A DNA stretch of 13,776 nt from Octopus sinensis. Lineage: Eukaryota. The position numbers and the translations under genes are program-made. The stretch is taken from contig NW_021826054.1 in the NCBI RefSeq assembly GCF_006345805.1, positions 1-13,776 on the forward strand, written 5' to 3'. This document shows, one piece after another, positions 8,583 through 13,776 of the stretch. The notes under the pieces are model-generated. The model worked only from the letters and a program-made list of their open reading frames with translations, searched no databases and was not told the DNA's origin. Numbering within the stretch: position 1 is the first letter of the stretch; every line of letters starts with the position of its first letter.

Positions 8583-8760
8583 CTAGCCTTTGTATTTTAG
8601 AATGAAAATGAAAATCTATGCGGGCCTGAGCAGCGGCAACAGATTGTTTGTATGGAAAATGTATCATAAATCGCTACATTTTCACAGAGGAATGTGGAAT
8701 GGAGTCTATGTATATGTATGTATGTATCTGTATATGCATATGTACATGTATGTGTGTTTG

Positions 8761-8812
<52 letters not shown>

Positions 8813-9039
8813 CACACTCACGCACACACATACTTGTGTATGTATGCATCAGTTACGTGAATATTTATTTGGCTGATATATGGAAAATATTTTAATCGTG
8901 TGAAGCGATTAGTGAGAGTGCTCAATAAAAAAAATGGAAAGCAATCAGATTTAGATCGGTAATTCACAAAATAACGTATAAATAAGTAACTATATCCAAT
9001 AGTAAAAGAGACCCAAAGACACACACCACATACGGTGAT

Positions 9040-9155
9040 GGTGGTGGATGTCAATGAAGATGATGGTGATGATGATGGTAAAGAAAATAGATGAAGACGA
9101 AGAAAGTAGTAGTAGTACTAGTGGTAGCGGTGGTAGTAGTAACATCATCATCATC

Positions 9156-9187
<32 letters not shown>

Positions 9188-9335
9188 GATACAACTACTG
9201 CCACTATTACTACTACTACTACTAGAAGAAGAAGAGGGAAAAGAAAAAGAAAAAAAGCTGTTGTAGTGAAAGGTAGAAGAAGAAAGAGAAGAAGAAAAAA
9301 GAAGGCACGAAATAACAGCAACAACAACAGCAAAG
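9040..9335. repeat. Mosaic of trinucleotide repeats: (GAT/GGT)n, (AGT)n, (CAT)n, (ACT)n, (GAA)n, (CAA)n
   Basis: Direct reading. Confidence 0.9.
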
Positions 9336-9805
9336 AGATTTAGGAATATTCCTGGAATATGACCTGAAGATTTACAGAAAATTCCGAAGGAAAAGAAGAG
9401 AATAGAAGCGAAATGAAAGAATATGGAAATGAAGAACTAAAATTCCTGCTGAACAAATATTAAGAATCGATGAAGAAACAAACAGGAAGAAAATAACAAA
9501 CAGAAGAGTTTAGAATAAAGGAAGCAGACGATAAAAGCAGACGATAATGTTGCAAGATATTTTCTAGACTTTAGTCAGTGAGACAGGTTTCTGATACTAT
9601 TTCATTTCAATGAAATATTGCCAAAATCATGCACTTCGGTTTAGTTCCTATATCTATAATAAAGTTGCTTATTAATTAGTTTGGAGTACGTAACTTTTGA
9701 TTTAAGAAAGCAATTATTAAATTCTATACTGTCTAGAAAATTCTTATAAATTCCAATTTTAATATATATATATATATATATATATGATATATATATATAT
9801 ATATA

Positions 9806-9868
9806 TTTTATTTTATTTATTTTATTTTATCTAGTTTCAGCTCACGAGCTGTGGCCATGCTGGGGCAC
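9806..9868 (-). mobile_element. Isolated 3' tail of a LINE or SINE (extreme 5' truncation)
   Basis: Minus strand GTGCCCCAGCATGGCCACAGCTCGTGAGCTGAAACTAGATAAAATAAAATAAATAAA. Confidence 0.75.
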
Positions 9869-9929
9869 ATATAAAGTAAAAAGTAAAGAGTAAAAAGTAA
9901 ATGAGTCACAAGGGAGAGCAAGTACAGTT

Positions 9930-10190
9930 AGGCAGTTTCGATTCCCAGACCGGGCGTTGTGAGTGTTTATTGAGCGAAAACATCTAAAGCTCCTCGAGGC
10001 TCCGGCAGGGGGTGGTGGAAATCCCTGCCGTACTCTTTCGCCACAACTTTCTCTCACCCTTTCTTCTGTTGGCCTGCTCGCTTACCCAGCGGGGTGGCGT
10101 CATTTGAAGGCTAAAACAATGCGTAGCACATTGTGACCAGCGATGTGTAGCAACACCTGATAGCCTGGTCGGTCACGTGATCACGGTGAT
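9930..10190 (+). mobile_element. Probable tRNA-derived SINE of a third family, A box missing
   Basis: B-box-like GTTTCGATTCCC at 9935, a TTGAGCGAAAACACCTAA segment resembling CORE/V-type SINE domains, and a GC-richer body ending GTCACGTGATCACGGTGAT before an AT tract. Family assignment is from recall only. Confidence 0.55.
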
Positions 10191-10772
10191 ATATAATATG
10201 AAGATGCGACTAATTATCTTAGATTACAACATAATAGTTTTAGTGATCTGTTTATACTCCTTATGGGTGGAAATATGAAAGTTGCTTAAATACTTGCAAC
10301 GCTACTTTTTACAGGGATATCAGTAAAATTTATTCTCCAAATTTCAAGTTTAATCCAGAGTCAGCCTAATGTTGATTCCAGGAGCAGAAGAATTACACAA
10401 ATCGAGAATCAAACGTGTAAGTATTTTTTAGTGACCAGCAGAAAACTACTCGGGTGGCGGTCTGTCTGCTAGGTCGAATAATTTCATTTTATGTTCATTG
10501 CCATTATTGCTCCCAAGAAAGGCATGAATATTACAAAAGTGTCGAAGTGCTTTGCCGTTATATATATATACATCTATAACGACCAAATTTCTTCTCAGGA
10601 AAAATTATATATTCAAATAAGTAAAACATAATATCATGAATAGCGATAGCGAAACCGGTCGATATATTAAAAATTATATTAAAACTATGTAAGTGTGCGT
10701 ATTTTCCTTTTTTAATTTCTTATATACATTACAACTCACGACGTGGGGATAACCGAAATTCGTCTTTTCTGT

Positions 10773-10822
<50 letters not shown>

Positions 10823-10846
10823 TATATATATATATATATATATATA
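10773..10846. repeat. (TAC)16 followed by (TA)n
   Basis: Direct reading. Confidence 0.95.
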
Positions 10847-11204
10847 AATTATACAATTTTAAGTAGAGATTGTTAACTTTAATAATGCCCAGAAACGGGC
10901 TAGAATGAAAGTGCTCCAATTGAGCTAAGTTCCAATTTATGATTTCAATGGAGGCAATACCAGCGGAAAACTAGAGGAACATGACCTATTATCCGATAGA
11001 ATATTCAATATATATGTGCACTTTCATTGGACATTAATAAATCAATATAAATCTCCAGATAATACAGCATCAAAACATACAAGTATATGAACATATAAAT
11101 ATTTAATATTTAAAAATACGCAAATATTAAAAAATATTAAAAAAATTGGCATTATAAATATATAAATACATAAATAGATATACAAATAGATGCATATATA
11201 ATAT

Positions 11205-11342
11205 GCGGTTAGGGAGCTTGCTTCCCAACTACATGGTTTCAGGTTCAGTCCTACTGCGTGGCACTTTGGGTAGGTGTCTTCCACTATAGCCCCGAGTCGA
11301 CCGAAGCTTTGTGATTGAATTCGGTAGGTGGAAGTTACCGCC
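11205..11342 (+). mobile_element. Degenerate SINE family B head followed by (TG)/(GA)/(TA) microsatellite
   Basis: CATGGTTTCAGGTTCAGTCCTACTGCGTGGCACTTTGGGTAGGTGTCTTCCACTATAGCCCCGAGTCGACCGAAGCTTTGTGA aligns with 4365-4450. Confidence 0.82.
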
Positions 11343-11394
11343 GTGTGTGTATGTGTGCGTATAGCTGCTCAGTGCCTCTCCGAAAGAGAGAGAG

Positions 11395-11429
<35 letters not shown>

Positions 11430-11569
11430 CGTTCATTTCACGTCTGTTTTTCCATGACAGTATGGGTTGGAGGCAGCGTATATTATCTTTGCTTTTATGT
11501 CGAGTTACAGTATAAGCAATTTAACATTAATCTGAAGAATTGCACGGTATCAGACAACAGACAACAATG

Positions 11570-11750
11570 TAGAATTGGAAGAGTCGTTAGGGTGTTGGAA
11601 AACATGCTTCGCAGTAATTCTTCCGTTTTTTACATCTTGAGTTCAAGAATTGTGCGGTCGGTATTGCCTTTTATCCTCTCGGGGTCATTAAAACAAAGTA
11701 CCAGTTATGTAGTGGGCTCGTCGATGTATTCGATTGTTGTTCTCCCCTTC
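11570..11750 (+). mobile_element. Old, degenerate SINE family A copy
   Basis: GAATTGGAAGAGTCGTTAG...TGAGTTCAAG...TTGCCTTTTATCCTCTCGGGGTCATTAAAACAAAGTACCAGTT is collinear with 1155-1320. Confidence 0.75.
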
Positions 11751-11812
11751 AAAACTGTTGGCTTTCTGTGTAAAATAAATACAGTTATTGTAACACACAG
11801 ACATATATATGC

Positions 11813-12245
11813 ATGTATGTATGTATGTATGTATGTATGTATGTATGTATGTGTGTATGTATGTATGTATGTACGTATGTATGTACGTATGTATGTATTT
11901 ATGTATGTATGTATGTATGTATGTATGTATGTATGTTGTATGTATGTATGTATGTGTGTATATGTATGTATGTATGTATGTTGTATGTATGTGTGTATGT
12001 ATGTATGTAGTATGTATGTATGTATGTATGTATGTACGTATGTATGTATTTATGTATGTATGTATGTATGTATGTATGTATGTATGTGTGTATGTATGTA
12101 TGTATGTATGTATGTATGTATGTGTGTATGTATGCATGCATGTATGTGTGTATGTATGTATGTATGTATTTATGTATGTATGTGTGTATGTATGTATGTA
12201 TGTATGTATGTATGTATGTATGTATGTATGTATGTATGTATGCAT
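11813..12245. repeat. Large (TATG)n array with TGTG/TACG/TTTA variants
   Basis: Direct reading. Opposite orientation to the 5999-6610 array. Confidence 0.97.
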
Positions 12246-12354
12246 GCATATGTGCAGGTTTGTATGTTTTATTTTATGCAAATATGTGTTCACATGCATA
12301 TAGTTGCATGTCTAGACATGTTCATATATACTTATATAATAAACTTCAGGAAAG

Positions 12355-13693
12355 CATGGATTTCGACCAGGTAGAAGCTGCCTAACACAGCTCCTGCAAC
12401 ACTATGACTGGGTGTTGAAACAGCTACTAAATGGCTCAAATGTGGATGTAATATATCTCGACTTTGCAAAAGCCTTTGATAATGTCGACCATGGTATGAT
12501 CTGCCACACAAACTGTGTGGTCTCGGCATAGGCGGAAAACTTGGAGAGTGGCTGCACAACTTCCTAAAAGACAGAAGACAGGCAGTTGTGAGCAATGGAG
12601 CCACCTCCAAGGGCACTGTCTTGGGACCACTGCTGTTCATAGTGGCCCTTTCAGACATGCCTTCAGTTGCTACGATGGCCACCCTTGCTAGCTATGCAGA
12701 TGACACAAAAGTTTCCCACACAATACAAAACCCTGAAAATATTGCGCATCTGCAACAGGAGTTGGACACAATATACAGGTGGGCTGAGGACAACAACATG
12801 CAGTTTAATGCAGGTAAGTTCCAGGCCCTGCGCTACCGGCACACAAAGGTAAACGACGTGCAGACTGGATACACTGACCCAGGAAGAATTGCAATCCCTG
12901 AGTCAAAATCAGTGCGTGACCTGGGCATTGACATGAGCAATGATGCATCTTTCCAAGTGCATATTACTAATCTGGTGATAAAATGCAGACGGCTAGCTGG
13001 ATGGATTCTCCGAATTTTCAGAACAAAAGAGGAGACACTGATGGTCCTATGGAAAACATTTGTCCTCAGCCGCTTGGTCTACTGCTCCCAACTATGGTCA
13101 CCACACAATATAAAACTAACAGCAGAACTCGAAGCAATTCAGAGAAGCTACACAAAGAAAATCGTCTCAATGCAAAATTATCAGCTACTGGGAAAGACTG
13201 ATGAAAGTATTAAACCTCTTCTCCCTAGAGCGGAGGGGGAGAGAGATATGCGGTGATATACATCTGGAAAATCCTGAGGGGTCTTGTCCCCAAACTTTGG
13301 CATTCAAAGTTACCCCAACCGCAGAACGGGGCGCTACTGAATGGTGCCAAAGATTCCAACATCACCATCAAAATACAGGTCCAGATACTGCACAGCTTGG
13401 ATTTCAGAGGACCACAGCTCTTTAACATCCTCCCTAAATACCTGAGAGACTTACATGGTGTGGATGTGGGTTTCTTTAAAACTAAACTGGATCTCTTCTT
13501 GTCGGGAGTCCCAGATGAACCTACCTCACGACAGGAGACGCAGATGCGGGCAGCAGCATCGAACTCCCTTGTTGATCAAGTGCCACGTATCAGAGGTGGA
13601 TTCACATATTAGTGTAGCTCATTCAGCGGTGGTGCCCCAGCATGGCTGCGGCCTTCGGGCTAAAACATTTTTAAGGATTTAAGGATTTAAGGA
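12355..13693 (+). mobile_element. 5'-truncated CR1-group LINE (CR1/L2/Crack/Daphne-like): disrupted RT ORF2, 3' UTR and (TTTAAGGA)3 tail
   Basis: HGFRPGRSCLTQLLQHYD...VDVIYLDFAKAFDNVDHG / KLCGLGIGGKLGEWLHNFLKDRRQAV / GTVLGPLLF...SYADDTKV...LDLFLSGVPDEP...SNSLVDQ, stop at 13612. Several frameshifts, and the SGVPQ part of the GVPQG motif is deleted near 12610. Tail repeats at 13670-13693; candidate TSD AGGAAAG at 12348-12354 and 13690-13696. Confidence 0.93.
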
Positions 13694-13776
13694 AAGTTTT
13701 ACAGATTTTTACAGTTCCAGTGATGGCTTCGATCTGTAGCCTTCGAATCAGCTTTCTCCTTAACGTTTTGAGAAAC

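Noticed and set aside
8585-8700. Possible upstream continuation of the REL remnant (minus strand ENVAIYDTFSIQT...)
   Set aside because: Only loosely similar to EN...WDF.IQT...RPD, and the catalytic PD motif cannot be read without assuming indels.
9340-9560. Purine-rich stretch resembling a Lys/Glu/Arg-rich coding region
   Set aside because: Multiple stops and no motif; compositional bias suffices.
12332-12682. 116-aa minus-strand ORF, and 4379-4810 143-aa ORF
   Set aside because: Antisense readings of the LINE and of a SINE plus microsatellite.

Overview
AT-rich, microsatellite-saturated eukaryotic non-coding DNA. The SINE families and simple-repeat load look like a coleoid cephalopod (Octopus-like), which is pattern recognition and not a database match. 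No host protein-coding exon is supported: most ORFs in the track are translations of (TACA)n/(TA)n tracts or antisense/off-frame reads of transposons. Contents: a ~420-bp near-perfect palindrome (238-658); several tRNA-derived SINEs, including a trimer inside one target-site duplication and composite SINEs with an internal microsatellite; a non-autonomous Helitron (A|TC...CTAG|T) that probably forms the 3' part of a 1.5-kb composite Helitron inserted into (TA)n; a decayed Penelope-like GIY-YIG endonuclease; two tandem REL-endonuclease (R4/Dong-like) LINE 3' remnants, one with a microsatellite expanded in frame inside its PIII motif; and a 5'-truncated CR1-group LINE (12355-13693). That LINE's 3' stem-loop is shared, with compensatory changes, by five other element ends in the window.
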